Below are positions 42,101-49,727 of a stretch of DNA of 64,000 bases, in pieces. The stretch is from Nemertoderma westbladi (Eukaryota > Animalia > Xenacoelomorpha), in assembly GCA_032718475.1 (NCBI GenBank), contig JAUCBJ010003571.1:34659-98658 (forward strand). Reading direction: 5' to 3'. Under the pieces are notes generated by a model that made no database searches, was not told where the DNA came from, and saw nothing but the letters and a program-made list of their open reading frames with translations. Positions within the stretch are counted from its first letter, which is position 1, and every line of letters begins with the position of its first letter. Position numbers and translations under genes: made by a program.

Positions 42101-45100
42101 AAGCACTGGCAAGCGTTGCCCAAACAAGATCGTATAGCCTACACAGACGCAAACGGACTATGTCATCGTTGTGTGGTAGAAGGACACAGATCCGGAGAGT
42201 GTAGAGAAACAGCAATAGGAGAGGATGAGACTGGAGGCCAAACAATGGCTACAAGCACGACAGGAGTAAGGAGAAAGAGGAAAGTACTACTCGGGGTAGT
42301 ACCAGTGAAGATAACAGGAAGGGCGGTCGATCAGTTACGACATTAATGCTGGTCGACAGCGGAGCAGCCTTCACGCTGGTGGAGAATTGGGTGGCCGAAG
42401 AGATAGGGCTAAAGACGAGGCCGAATAGGATGGCGGTAACTACCGTCTCAAGTAAGGATGAGGTCCTGGAGATGAGGACGGGGCGGTGCAAGATAGCAGC
42501 GATAGCACCGGGATGCGACTATGGGGCGACGATCGACCCCATCCACGTGATAGAATCGATAAATATCAACGCCAGGCGACCAACCAACATTGAAGTCGAA
42601 CAATATAGATTCCTGGACAGTATCGATTTCTCAATACCAGAGGTGGACGTTAGGAAGGTATCCATTATAGTAGGAATGGACTGCCCGACGGCCCACGAGA
42701 GAATGCAGACGGTCTTCGGCGAAGACAGACAGCGGGATCCGACGGCGATCCTCACGCCGTTCGGATGGACGCTTAGCGGCCCAGTTAAAACCAAGATTCC
42801 ATCCAGGGTGACGGAGACATCAGGGTGCATGTTACCAGGCACCGTAGACGCAGAGGACGAAGAGAAGAAACCGGAGATGATAGATGAGCCAGACGGGGAA
42901 GTAACAGTAGGAGAGTGGGCGGAGGAGAATGGATTTGACGCGGAAGACTTAGAGGCAATGGGATGGAACAAGGGTCCCAGCAAGTATCGGTATGGGGATG
43001 GAGAGGAGCGGACGGCGAGATGTCCGGAGGACAACAGTCCTGAGGACAACAGTCTGGAGGAGTGTCCGGAGGAGTGTCCGGAGGAGTGTCCAGAGGAGTG
43101 TCTGGAGGAGTGTCCAGAGGAGTGTCTGGAAGAGACGCCGGTCCGGTTGAGAGGCATACTGACAAGGGGTAAGTCGAGTAAGAAGACAGGATGGAAAGGG
43201 ATAGGATTACTATTGTTCGTTCTGTTTTGTCTGTTCTTTCAGTTTCTTTCCATTCTGCCGCCGGGAGACCAGATGAAGGGTGGCATTTTGCTGCCAGGAG
43301 ATCAGGAAGTTAAGAAGGCGGCGGAGAGACCCGATTTTAGGGTGGCAGAAGAGGGAGAACCAATTCCTGGTGAGTTGGAATTGGGGAGGAGAGTGTGGCG
43401 AATCCTACAGGACCTACAAGGGGAGCAGTGGGAGAGTGCCTGTTGGAAGAATCGCCCTAGTTAGGTGAAGTTTAGTCGTCCAATATTTTGGACTGAGGGG
43501 GGTGGGAATGAGGGCGAGACACCCTTCCCAACAAATAAATAATTAAAAATAATTATAAATAATAAAATAACAAATAAGTAGAAAAGATAGTATGAAAGTT
43601 AGAAGTTAGTAAGAAAGTAATAGTAAGTAGAAAGTCAGAAAGTAGTAGAAGATAGTAAGTAGTAGTTAGAAGATAGTAAGTAAGTTAAAAGTTAGTAAGT
43701 TAAGTTAGAAGGCGGCAGGTATAGGGAGTGTGGTATATAGACATACCACGGGAGTAGGAGGGTACGTAGTACCGGGAGAGATAGAAGTCGGCGGGTAAGG
43801 GAGTGTGGTATATTAACATGCCACAAGTAGTAGCAGAGGGGTTGTGGGCACCGTAAGCGCCATGTAGAAAGTAGTAGTAGAGTGGTTGTGGGCACCGAAA
43901 GCGCCACATAGATGGAGGTAGTAACAGAGTGGTTGTGGGCACCAAAAGCGCCACATAGTTAGAAGAGTGGGTAGAGTTAGAGAGTTCTAGTTAGAGGGCT
44001 AGAGAGTTAGTAGACTTAGAGGAGTCAGAGAGTTAGTAGAGTTAGGAGTTAGAGAGTAAGTAGACTTAGGAGTTAGTAGAGGTAGAAGAGTTAGTAGAGT
44101 TAGAGAGCTAGTTAGAGTTAGTAGAATTAGAGTTAGATAGTAAGTAGTTAGCAAGTAAGTAGTAAGTAGATAGAATGATAGCACAGGGGTAACATAAGAT
44201 TAGCGCCTTTGGGAGTGGTGGAGAGTACAGCGAGTGCGATTCAGGTGTGGGGAGAGAGTGAGAGAGAGTAGAGTGAGAAGTTAGAGTTTGAGAGAGAGAG
44301 TTTTAAAATTGTGTGAGAATCCACAATTGTCTCAAATCGAGATGCCAGATGTCTTGGTGCAACATAGGTTGCAGTTGCACCAAGGGAGGGTAGTGACATC
44401 ATAACCATAGGGAGCGGCCTGGAAAGCCGACTCCAAAAGTAAGAGAACTCCACCCCACACCTGATAGTAGATCGGGTTTCCAGCGGAATTGAAGCGCACT
44501 CAGAGGTTGATGCTATCTTCTCACTGGGAAGATAGCATGGGGGGAGTGTGAGTGGATTCAATTCCGCCTCACAAACCCCATAAAGTTGAGAAGTGGCGCC
44601 TTTAAGCAATATTGGGGATACGAGGTTAATCCCCAATTAACCTCGTATCACACACCCAATAAACGGGGACAACAAACCCCGAAGGGCCACACAAAAGGGA
44701 GGTCAGAGGTTAAACCTCCGGGAGAGGAAAGTGACAGCAGCGGGGGGGAAACACTCCCACAGAGTTGAGAGCCGAGAATTCGGTTATTGGCCAATCAGAG
44801 CCAGGAAATGCATCCGCTAAGTAATCAGGCCACAAGTACAGTAGGTAATCAAATATATTACCGGTTAGAGCTTGTGCCCCTTTCAGTCATCTCAGTCACA
44901 CAGTGGGGACCAGTGACATTTTGTACCGTGACCGTTACTGTCAGATTATCTCATTACTGCTGTACTGCAACTGCATTATCTATATTACCGTGCTATCATA
45001 TATCTCATTACCGTTAATCAAATATATTACCGACAATAACAACAACAAACTATCTTCTTTCCAACACGCGGTGACGCGTAACTTAATTCACCGGTCGGGA

Positions 45101-46951
45101 TCCCCTGATCCCATCACAAAGAAAGAGCCTAGAGCTGGAAATCGATCGAATTAGAAAATAAACCACTATTTAGTTCACTAGGGGAGTCCCCAGCGTTTAA
45201 CTCATAAAATCACCATGACAAACAACAACAATGGAGTGAATACTAGAGGTCTCACTACACGGACCACGGACGCGTAGCCTATGCTAGTAGCCTAGTAGAT
45301 AGTGCTAGCCTAGTAGATACTAATGTTGATCACCGAATTAAAAAAAGTTCGATGAATTGGAATTATGAATCAATAAGCAATTAAAACAAGTTTCTTTCTA
45401 TTTTTACAAGAAAATGTGAAATTGTTATAATTTATCTTAATCGGACATTTATTATGTTTAAAGCCGAATATATTTTAATTTTCGGTCAATAATCGATTGT
45501 TTCATTAAATTTGGCAACCCTATTAGATACCTAACTAAGTCTTAAAGGCTTAAAATGAATATCAACTTCAAATGCGAGAAGTCAAGGCGTCCTTTAATAC
45601 AGTTAGTCCAACAATACAGTTAGGATTCACACGTTTAATTTTCTAGTTTAAGATTAATTTTCAGGATTGTTACTTTAATTATTTAATTAATGAAGAAATA
45701 GTTTCAAGGCCATTGTTGTGTTTTTCACTTTGTGGCGGGGAATATTGGATAGGTATAGCCAATCGTAATATATAATAATATAAATAGTATATATTAATAA
45801 CATAAAGTTCCTGATAGATAAAGATAAAGTAATAATATAAAGTACCTACAGGACCGGTAATAATAATATAAAGTAATCAATCAATCATGTAACATAACTC
45901 CAAACTCCACCATTACACTTACACTACCATGTCGCCAGATCCACTACTTGTCATCCCATGTTATGTCACTATAATCAAATGCCGCGCCTTGTAGTATTAA
46001 TGGTTAATTATAGCAATTAAATATATTTTTATTAACTATTTATTTCATTTCGAACCATTTGAAATGTCTAATATTAGTACAAACATAATAAATTACGAAA
46101 TATAGTTTACTAAAGTATATTTCATCTTATAAGATAAAAACATTGTCGGACTACCCATAATAAGCTTTGAATTATCTATATAGCCTATTGTAAAAGTTTC
46201 AGCCTACGCTAATCTCGGCTGCATGGCCTGTATTAAAGGACGCCTTGGGAGAAGTACATTTCATTCTCGTACTACAGAATAGGGAATATTCTAGAATTAG
46301 CAATATATTATAGGCAATGGTACGAATAGTTATTGGATATAACAGTGGAAACAAAATGCAATAACTTTTTAAATAACATCATTCTCTTGTGAAACTTTTC
46401 AGCTTAGTTGTTTTTGTTGTGTGGTCAGAAAGTCGATGTCTGCTGCCATCGACTTCGGTATTTCATCCTGTTTAGCTAGGGGGATGTTGATTGATGTGAT
46501 GTGATGTCCAATAGGCATCAATCATCAGTACATAATTACTAAAAATTAATGAGCCATTGGCACATTAATTAATTATGCATGTTATAGGAATGCAAATTTG
46601 AAAATAAGCAATCTAGAAAATGAATAATAATTTTTCTTATGGTATGCTAAACTTTTCTGAATCAGGTAATACTATATTATAAATAAATAATTGCTGAACT
46701 CAAACAATATAAGTTCCACATAATATTGCACTATTTGCGGTTGATTTATTGATGCTAATCATGTAAATATAAATATATTTTGTGGTAATTATTATATCTT
46801 TGTGTATTTCTTATTCTTAATATAGAGTCTTTGTATAAAAGGTGAAAAACAATTTATTTTATTATTAAAAGATAATCATCTCCTTACCTGAGTAAGCTAT
46901 TGGTAGATGGTAGAAACATCCAGCCAGCACCAATACCTCCGGTAACTTCAT
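1..46951 (-). CDS. Large secreted/cell-surface multi-Ig-domain protein with a Cys-rich insert (19 coding exons in window, about 1080 aa, 3'-incomplete)
   Basis: Exons 46888-46951, 34523-34714, 33601-33768, 32218-32375, 23444-23570, 22825-22996, 19741-19850, 18621-18851, 17997-18142, 14549-14729, 13810-13975, 13052-13230, 12282-12575, 10347-10537, 4918-5113, 2003-2180, 1305-1501, 830-991, 1-133. All introns are GT..AG and all 18 junctions are phase-compatible, giving one open frame with repeated LxC..W..(D)xGxYxC Ig signatures. Confidence 0.9.
323..460. repeat. 27-bp minisatellite, about 5 copies
   Basis: (ACTAGCTACTGTAAGGGCCACCTCACC)n. Confidence 0.95.
830..991 (-). CDS. Ig gene exon 18
   Basis: CCAG acceptor, GTTAGT donor, phase 1-1; DSTGIAEESANGADSQVHKDDLVPFNVPYKCKIEISGGSPSVLETDPLTMKKI. 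Confidence 0.85.
1305..1501 (-). CDS. Ig gene exon 17
   Basis: TGCAG acceptor, GTTAGT donor, phase 2-1; VVELLLSINVI...GDQIRVTCSARTSSNDPFTVTIY. Confidence 0.85.
2003..2180 (-). CDS. Ig gene exon 16
   Basis: TATAG acceptor, GTGAGT donor, phase 1-2; TTAEYIWMTADD...TPTSYKCAIKTADSG. Confidence 0.88.
2214..3771. repeat. 94-bp tandem array (16 near-identical copies plus a partial), likely the amplified end of a Helentron/HINE-type element; each unit has a CTCF-like motif
   Basis: Unit GCCGTGCTAAGCACGATAAACTGGAGCTCTATTCGCCCCCTAGCGGCATGCAGATGACTGTAAAAGTCTGTCTGTGTGTAGAATTCCTAATTAA; hairpin CGTGCT-A-AGCACG; (GTCT)n/GT microsatellite. Confidence 0.95.
3920..4782 (+). mobile_element. Degenerate Gypsy LTR-retrotransposon 3' fragment (integrase C-terminus, PPT, putative 3' LTR 4603-4782)
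   Basis: HQSTGLAEVSVKIV...GILELCNT...SPAQ integrase motifs; purine tract AAGGGAGA followed by TG...ACTACA. Confidence 0.7.
4918..5113 (-). CDS. Ig gene exon 15
   Basis: TCTAG acceptor, GTTAGA donor, phase 0-1; IYSTSATGKYYCAAKL...MGNSVSALTCDVTIAPA. Confidence 0.88.
5140..6706. mobile_element. Non-autonomous piggyBac-type element (TTAA TSD) with about 170-bp internal repeats
   Basis: TTAA|CCCTATTA...TAATATGG|TTAA; subterminal GGGGTCATATTGACCCC palindromes at both ends; internal repeats AAATTTGGTGCTAGCACCAAA...ATTCCATTGAATTCAG. Confidence 0.75.
6735..10350. repeat. 57-bp tandem array, about 63 copies, starting exactly at the exon-14 splice donor
   Basis: Unit TACCTTTGTTACTATTTATAAAGGTGCCTACTGTACTTACTTTAATAATGAATATAT; the ORFs called here are artefacts of a 3n period. 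Confidence 0.97.
10347..10537 (-). CDS. Ig gene exon 14
   Basis: TTACAG acceptor, AAG|GTAATA donor, phase 1-0; YPPLHCDIVES...LKYEWYKDANAVNNQEAK. Confidence 0.88.
11323..12215. mobile_element. Foldback/MITE element with long terminal inverted repeats and poly-G/poly-C ends
   Basis: 11391-11585 is the reverse complement of about 11846-12037; outer arms GGG..CATTTT..TTTTTGAAACATATCC and GGATATGTTTCAAAAA..AAAATG..CCC; TTAA on the right flank. Confidence 0.8.
12282..12575 (-). CDS. Ig gene exon 13 (one complete Ig domain)
   Basis: Phase 1-1; VIMQCNVE...YGWYKHE...SAQYTCRV. Confidence 0.92.
13052..13230 (-). CDS. Ig gene exon 12
   Basis: TTTCAG acceptor, GTGAGT donor, phase 2-1; (W)FKDSTEIG...AAAYYSCSVN. 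Confidence 0.92.
13810..13975 (-). CDS. Ig gene exon 11
   Basis: TTTAG acceptor, GTGAGA donor, phase 1-2; PVVLTCATD...AYKW. Confidence 0.9.
14107..14163. repeat. 21-bp minisatellite, about 2.7 copies
   Basis: (AGCTCAAGTAGCTGTAGAAGA)n. Confidence 0.85.
14549..14729 (-). CDS. Ig gene exon 10
   Basis: TTTCAG acceptor, GTGAGA donor, phase 0-1; KVIIPIVSSGSKGFYRCSILK. Confidence 0.9.
14800..17676 (+). mobile_element. Helitron-like non-autonomous element enclosing a CRE LINE fragment (left boundary approximate)
   Basis: 3' hairpin ACGGGCC-GCTA-GGCCCGT followed by CTCTAG|T at 17653-17677; about 109-bp direct repeat at 14869-14977 and 17418-17526. Confidence 0.5.
15390..17400 (-). pseudogene. Degenerate CRE-clade (RT plus restriction-like endonuclease) non-LTR retrotransposon
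   Basis: DKNPGIRPIGIGEVLR, QIDATNAFN, EGSTQGDPVAMPMFG, RNGGLGIP, zinc knuckle HVLSCTTGGFPSIRHNEIRD, RLDVS..FDVSVFNP; many frameshifts and stops. Confidence 0.88.
17997..18142 (-). CDS. Ig gene exon 9
   Basis: AACAG acceptor, GTAAGT donor, phase 1-0; VPTLSVLSP..VIVVGESLTLECKISG. Confidence 0.92.
18206..18432. repeat. 30-bp minisatellite, about 7.5 copies
   Basis: (AATAAATAGCCTACCTCACGGACAATACCC)n with alternating variants. Confidence 0.92.
18621..18851 (-). CDS. Ig gene exon 8 (Cys-rich)
   Basis: TTACAG acceptor, GTGAGT donor, phase 1-1; 10 Cys, with CNTGY and CDVGY motifs. Confidence 0.9.
18947..19660. mobile_element. MITE with about 50-bp TIRs and internal direct repeats
   Basis: CATGATAATTAAATAAACTAATTACTAATTGAGAAAATAAGTTAATTAAGGT closely matches the reverse complement of 19607-19660. 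Confidence 0.75.
19741..19850 (-). CDS. Ig gene exon 7 (Cys-rich)
   Basis: TTTCAG acceptor, GTAAGT donor, phase 2-1; CAAGSVSVRSSQGERSCKTVCSDAAQTYNAEGTQCI. Confidence 0.9.
20240..21866. repeat. 18-20 bp palindromic minisatellite, about 85 copies
   Basis: (AAAACCCAACAGTTTTGA[C/T/A])n; each unit has AAAAC..GTTTT inverted arms; the long minus-strand ORFs are repeat artefacts. Confidence 0.97.
22040..22560 (-). mobile_element. Decayed fragment related to the piggyBac-type MITE at 5140-6706
   Basis: GTGCAAAATGTGGTGTAAGCACCAAAATTT resembles the reverse complement of the internal repeat AAATTTGGTGCTAGCACCACATTTTGCAC. Confidence 0.5.
22825..22996 (-). CDS. Ig gene exon 6 (Cys-rich)
   Basis: CGTAG acceptor, GTAAGT donor, phase 1-2; CNPTKSSGC..QCKTGYIIDPVNRGVCAPYECAPGSTNCQC. 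Confidence 0.9.
23444..23570 (-). CDS. Ig gene exon 5
   Basis: TATAG acceptor, GTGAGT donor, phase 0-1; AEYTITNPVASDAGIYRCQGT. Confidence 0.93.
23806..31235. repeat. 52-bp (51-53) satellite, about 140 copies, with higher-order block duplications
   Basis: Unit TACTTACCCAACATGAGCTCAATGCACTG(A/C)TTTAACTTAA(A)CTTACTGGAGAT. Confidence 0.98.
31490..31710 (-). mobile_element. SINE fragment (tRNA-type B box plus CORE-like body)
   Basis: Minus strand GTTCGAGCCCCGCGCCGGG (B box), followed by CTTGCATCCTGAAATGCTAAATGAGTAC. Confidence 0.5.
32218..32375 (-). CDS. Ig gene exon 4
   Basis: TTCAG acceptor, GTAAGT donor, phase 1-0; PSTISVTSTG...DQFQLTCSCTMCDRYIFEKK. Confidence 0.9.
32470..32740 (+). mobile_element. 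RTE-type LINE 3' fragment
   Basis: RLTLEQSRLRFVGHCLRREDQPVHNVVL resembles the RTE ORF C-terminal RRLRFxGHxxR motif. Confidence 0.6.
33601..33768 (-). CDS. Ig gene exon 3
   Basis: TGCAG acceptor, GTAAGT donor, phase 1-1; LTLELSNLGPDDDGNYKCVY (canonical Ig E-F strands). Confidence 0.95.
34523..34714 (-). CDS. Ig gene exon 2
   Basis: TTCTAG acceptor, GTTAGT donor, phase 1-1; KFKLNCIVHN...PIQWIR. Confidence 0.92.
35163..35228 (-). mobile_element. tRNA-derived SINE head or tRNA pseudogene
   Basis: GCCCCAGTGGCTCAGTTGGCAGAGCGTGGGACTTGGAATCTCTAGGTACAGAATTCAATCCCC: intact A box, degenerate B box, no acceptor stem. Confidence 0.6.
35528..36838 (+). mobile_element. HINE/DINE-1-like (Helentron-associated) element with seven about 146-bp internal repeats
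   Basis: 5' GTGGGGC..CACGAAGT and 3' GCCCCACTTCGTG subterminal inverted repeats; (GTC)n microsatellite at 35607-35654; each central repeat carries CCG(C/G)TAGAGGG. Confidence 0.8.
37212..37783 (+). repeat. 5' LTR
   Basis: Direct repeat of 44547-45118; contains CCAAT (GGCCAATCAG), a TATA-like AAATATATTA and an Inr-like TCAGTC about 30 bp later. Confidence 0.95.
37840..43464 (+). pseudogene. Disrupted BEL/Pao gag-protease polyprotein with a very long low-complexity N-terminus and a hydrophobic C-terminal tail
   Basis: Gag core LPPVEPFKFDGSRPEEYLQF..LKYLQVYTGGPA..ALDREYGHP; knuckles CQLHRDGTHKTMSC and CHRCVVEGHRSGEC; protease LVDSGA and TPFGWTLSGP; in-frame TGA at 38352 and several frameshifts; no RT, RNase H or integrase. 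Confidence 0.85.
44547..45118 (+). repeat. 3' LTR
   Basis: Direct repeat of 37212-37783, preceded by a polypurine tract. Confidence 0.95.
45583..46247. mobile_element. P-superfamily-like MITE
   Basis: Perfect 20-bp TIR CAAGGCGTCCTTTAATACAG / CTGTATTAAAGGACGCCTTG; 8-bp TSD CGAGAAGT/GGAGAAGT (1 mismatch); CAAGG termini. Confidence 0.82.
46888..46951 (-). CDS. Ig gene first coding exon (signal peptide)
   Basis: AACATG start; MKLPEVLVLAGCFYHLPIAYS; CAG|GTAAGG phase-1 donor matching exon 2. Confidence 0.82.
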
Positions 46952-47159
46952 GTTGAATATATATTTAAAGTTAAAGCAAATATCCTGATAACTATAATAA
47001 TGTTAGCTGTTATCCTCAATGAAGTAAAGATTTAATCCTAAAAACGTGTAATTACTACTAGTTAGTTTAGTTTATTGACAAGTAAGCTTGACACAATGCA
47101 CTGCACGCACATATCAATACTATACTAAATAAGACTAAAACGTTTTACTGTACCAAAAT

Positions 47160-47220
47160 TACCTTACAGTTGTAGTAATAATAGTAAGATGTTATATTAT
47201 ATTTCATCTATTTATAAAGG
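47160..47220 (-). promoter_or_regulatory. Candidate TATA promoter and short non-coding first exon of the Ig gene
   Basis: Minus strand TATAAATA at about 47209-47216, then AAG|GTAATT donor at about 47162; TTTTTAG acceptor at about 47038 upstream of the ATG. Confidence 0.45.
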
Positions 47221-47429
47221 TAAGCCAATGCCACCACCAGTTGATAATTACTGTTGACTGCCTACTACTGGCCTATGGCAGCCCAGCAGAATCATCATGC
47301 TGTTATCCTCAAATCACATCATATAAAAAATAGCAATGACATTAATTTTAATAATTAGTTATTATTACAATAATTAGTTACCCATTTATTTATTTATTAA
47401 TATGTATTTATTAAGTACTAAATTATTAG

Positions 47430-48960
47430 TATCTATAACGACGATGGGGCTCTCATTCACTGTGCCAGCTCTTGATGATATATAGGGCGACCCAAAGAAA
47501 ACTCCGCCAGCAGTGACTCCACACTACCTGCTCCACTATGGTGCCCACATTGAGCGCCTCATAGATGCAGAGGCTGGTTGGACTGACATGTATCCTCGTA
47601 AACATTGTTGTTCCATGGGAGTCTGTATGAACATGTCGGGCCGGCTTATTGAATTTGACAAGTGCCCTGGGGTATGGCTCATTTGACTAGGGGATTATCT
47701 CAGCAGGATTTTAGCTCATACCATGGATATGATTGCATGAGATGACGTCACCAGTACATGTGGTACAGAATAACTTTGTGCAGGGAATTCATCTGGGGTG
47801 GACGCAGCCAAACACTATCTAGCAACCCTATTGGACGACTACAGTGACTCAGGAGGTTTGGCATTATTGGTATATGGTTGCTGCACTGTGGAATGCGCGC
47901 TGCCTATGGCCACGATCTTCCACATTCTTGAACAATAGTTATTGGGGCCATAGTATACTCACAAGAATGGGACAGATTCTATTATCTTCAGTGCATAGAG
48001 AGGGTACAGTGCATGTCCATGCTTTTATATGCCTCTGTAATCCCCCCCCCCCCCCCCCCCCTTGTTCATCCTTTGCGCTCGCTTAATATTCGCACAGTAC
48101 CCTACTGGAATGCTGATTACTCCTCGGGGGTGTGCAAATGTAGTAGACCTGTTAGAGTTTTGCCAGCAAATCCGGTCTCCGGTCACCAGTTCCTAGAAGG
48201 GATTCTTGGAGACCCCAATGAAACCCTTCTGTATGCCAATGTCTAGGTTGAAACGTGGGTTGATGTAGTTGACAAATTGAAAAAGTTGACAAAATGTAGT
48301 TGACAGGCAGCTTTCTCTACCATGGTCTGCTCACTTCAGCATGGCTCTGCACCTGCAGCGTGTTACCTCAGATTGTGGGGACGAATTTAATGCATTAGAA
48401 ACTGCCATCACTGATAGACTCCTACCTGCTGTTGTTGAACGCCAGCTATTCAGCCTCTCCTCGCAAGCAATGAGGTGGATTTGGTCTCTGGAAACCCGCT
48501 TTCAAGTCCACTGCTTCCTACATTGTTTCTGCTCCTGGATCCCATTTCATCTATTGGGCGATGGTTCGTGAGGTTGACTTCAATCTCACAGGGGAGTGTT
48601 TGGCTAGAGTGAAAAAGTTTGATAGAGAGGCAAGGAAGGAATTAGAGACCAAGTTGTTTGAAGAAGTGCTGGATAGTCTGAAGGAAGAGTCCGCACTGTG
48701 ATAGTTGATAATTGATAGCTGGACATGTTGCTTCCCAGAGCTGACCTACAGTACGACCTGTCACCCCAAGAATTTTATGACACAATTTTGGTGCAGTACA
48801 GCAGACCCCTCCTTGGAGTACCAAGTCGTTGTGATGGATGTTGGGCCCCCTTCAATTTAAAAGAATGCAAGAAAGGTTGCCTCGTAATTCAGCGCCATAA
48901 TGAACTGCGTGATACCCGCGATCTGGCAAGTCTGGCATTTGGTACAATTACAATTTTTTG
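47430..48960 (+). pseudogene. Highly degenerate CRE-clade LINE
   Basis: RLIEFDKCPGV, LCAG..SGVDAA, EFYDTILVQYSRPLLGVPSRCDGC..ECKKGCLVIQRHNELRD. Confidence 0.75.
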
Positions 48961-49727
48961 TGGGTGGGGGGGGGGGGGGGGGGGCAGGAACCTGAGTTAC
49001 GACACTATATTCTGGGACATACAGTACATGGTGTAATATTGTGGTAACATAAAAATAACCCCCTTTGAAAAAGATGCAAAGCTCTAGGGGTAATCCTTAT
49101 TATAATTCCGTACTTTTATTGTACCAGTAGCGGAATATCTCAGCTAGGGGTTCAGGTGGATTGATAAGGAAGCCTTTGGATAAGTATTTACGCACAGGTA
49201 ATCAAGCAGCGCAAGCTTACCATCATGCCATTAGTATTCATGTCCATAACCACGATCCACACTTTGATCGTGAATTCTAGATTAGGTAGCTCCCAGTTAT
49301 TGAACAAAAAAATTCATCAATAAAAATTGTTCCGTTGATATATTATATACATTATGTTAATTTTTTAAGTTTTAAAATTTTGTATTGCAGCGCAGCAGTT
49401 ATTGTAAAATATCTGTCAATAAAAAGAATATACATATAAAAGTTGGGTGAGAGTGGAAGTTTCTGCTATCTAGTCCATATTGCCATGATGGCAGAAAATC
49501 AACTTTGGTAAACTGAAAGTAATTCGGCAAGGGTGGTTATTGTTCACAATTAATTGTTTTATCACTAAAATCATTAATTATCATTAATTTACTAAAATGA
49601 TCATTGACTTCTTTATTCCAACATATGGAGCTTAGTAAAATTAATCAATTGAAGCACAAATTTCCGTAAAATAAATAATAATATAATATAAATATTAAAA
49701 TACTGTTACTAAACTATAATAAATAAG

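Larger units (their letters stand above)
37212..45118 (+). mobile_element. Non-autonomous BEL/Pao LTR retrotransposon (gag plus protease only), antisense in intron 1 of the Ig gene
   Basis: 572-bp LTRs TGTGA..TCACA at 37212-37783 and 44547-45118 (about 15 differences counted by eye); imperfect 5-bp TSD AAGAG/AAGAA; PPT GGGGGGAG; BEL-type gag and protease motifs. Confidence 0.92.
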
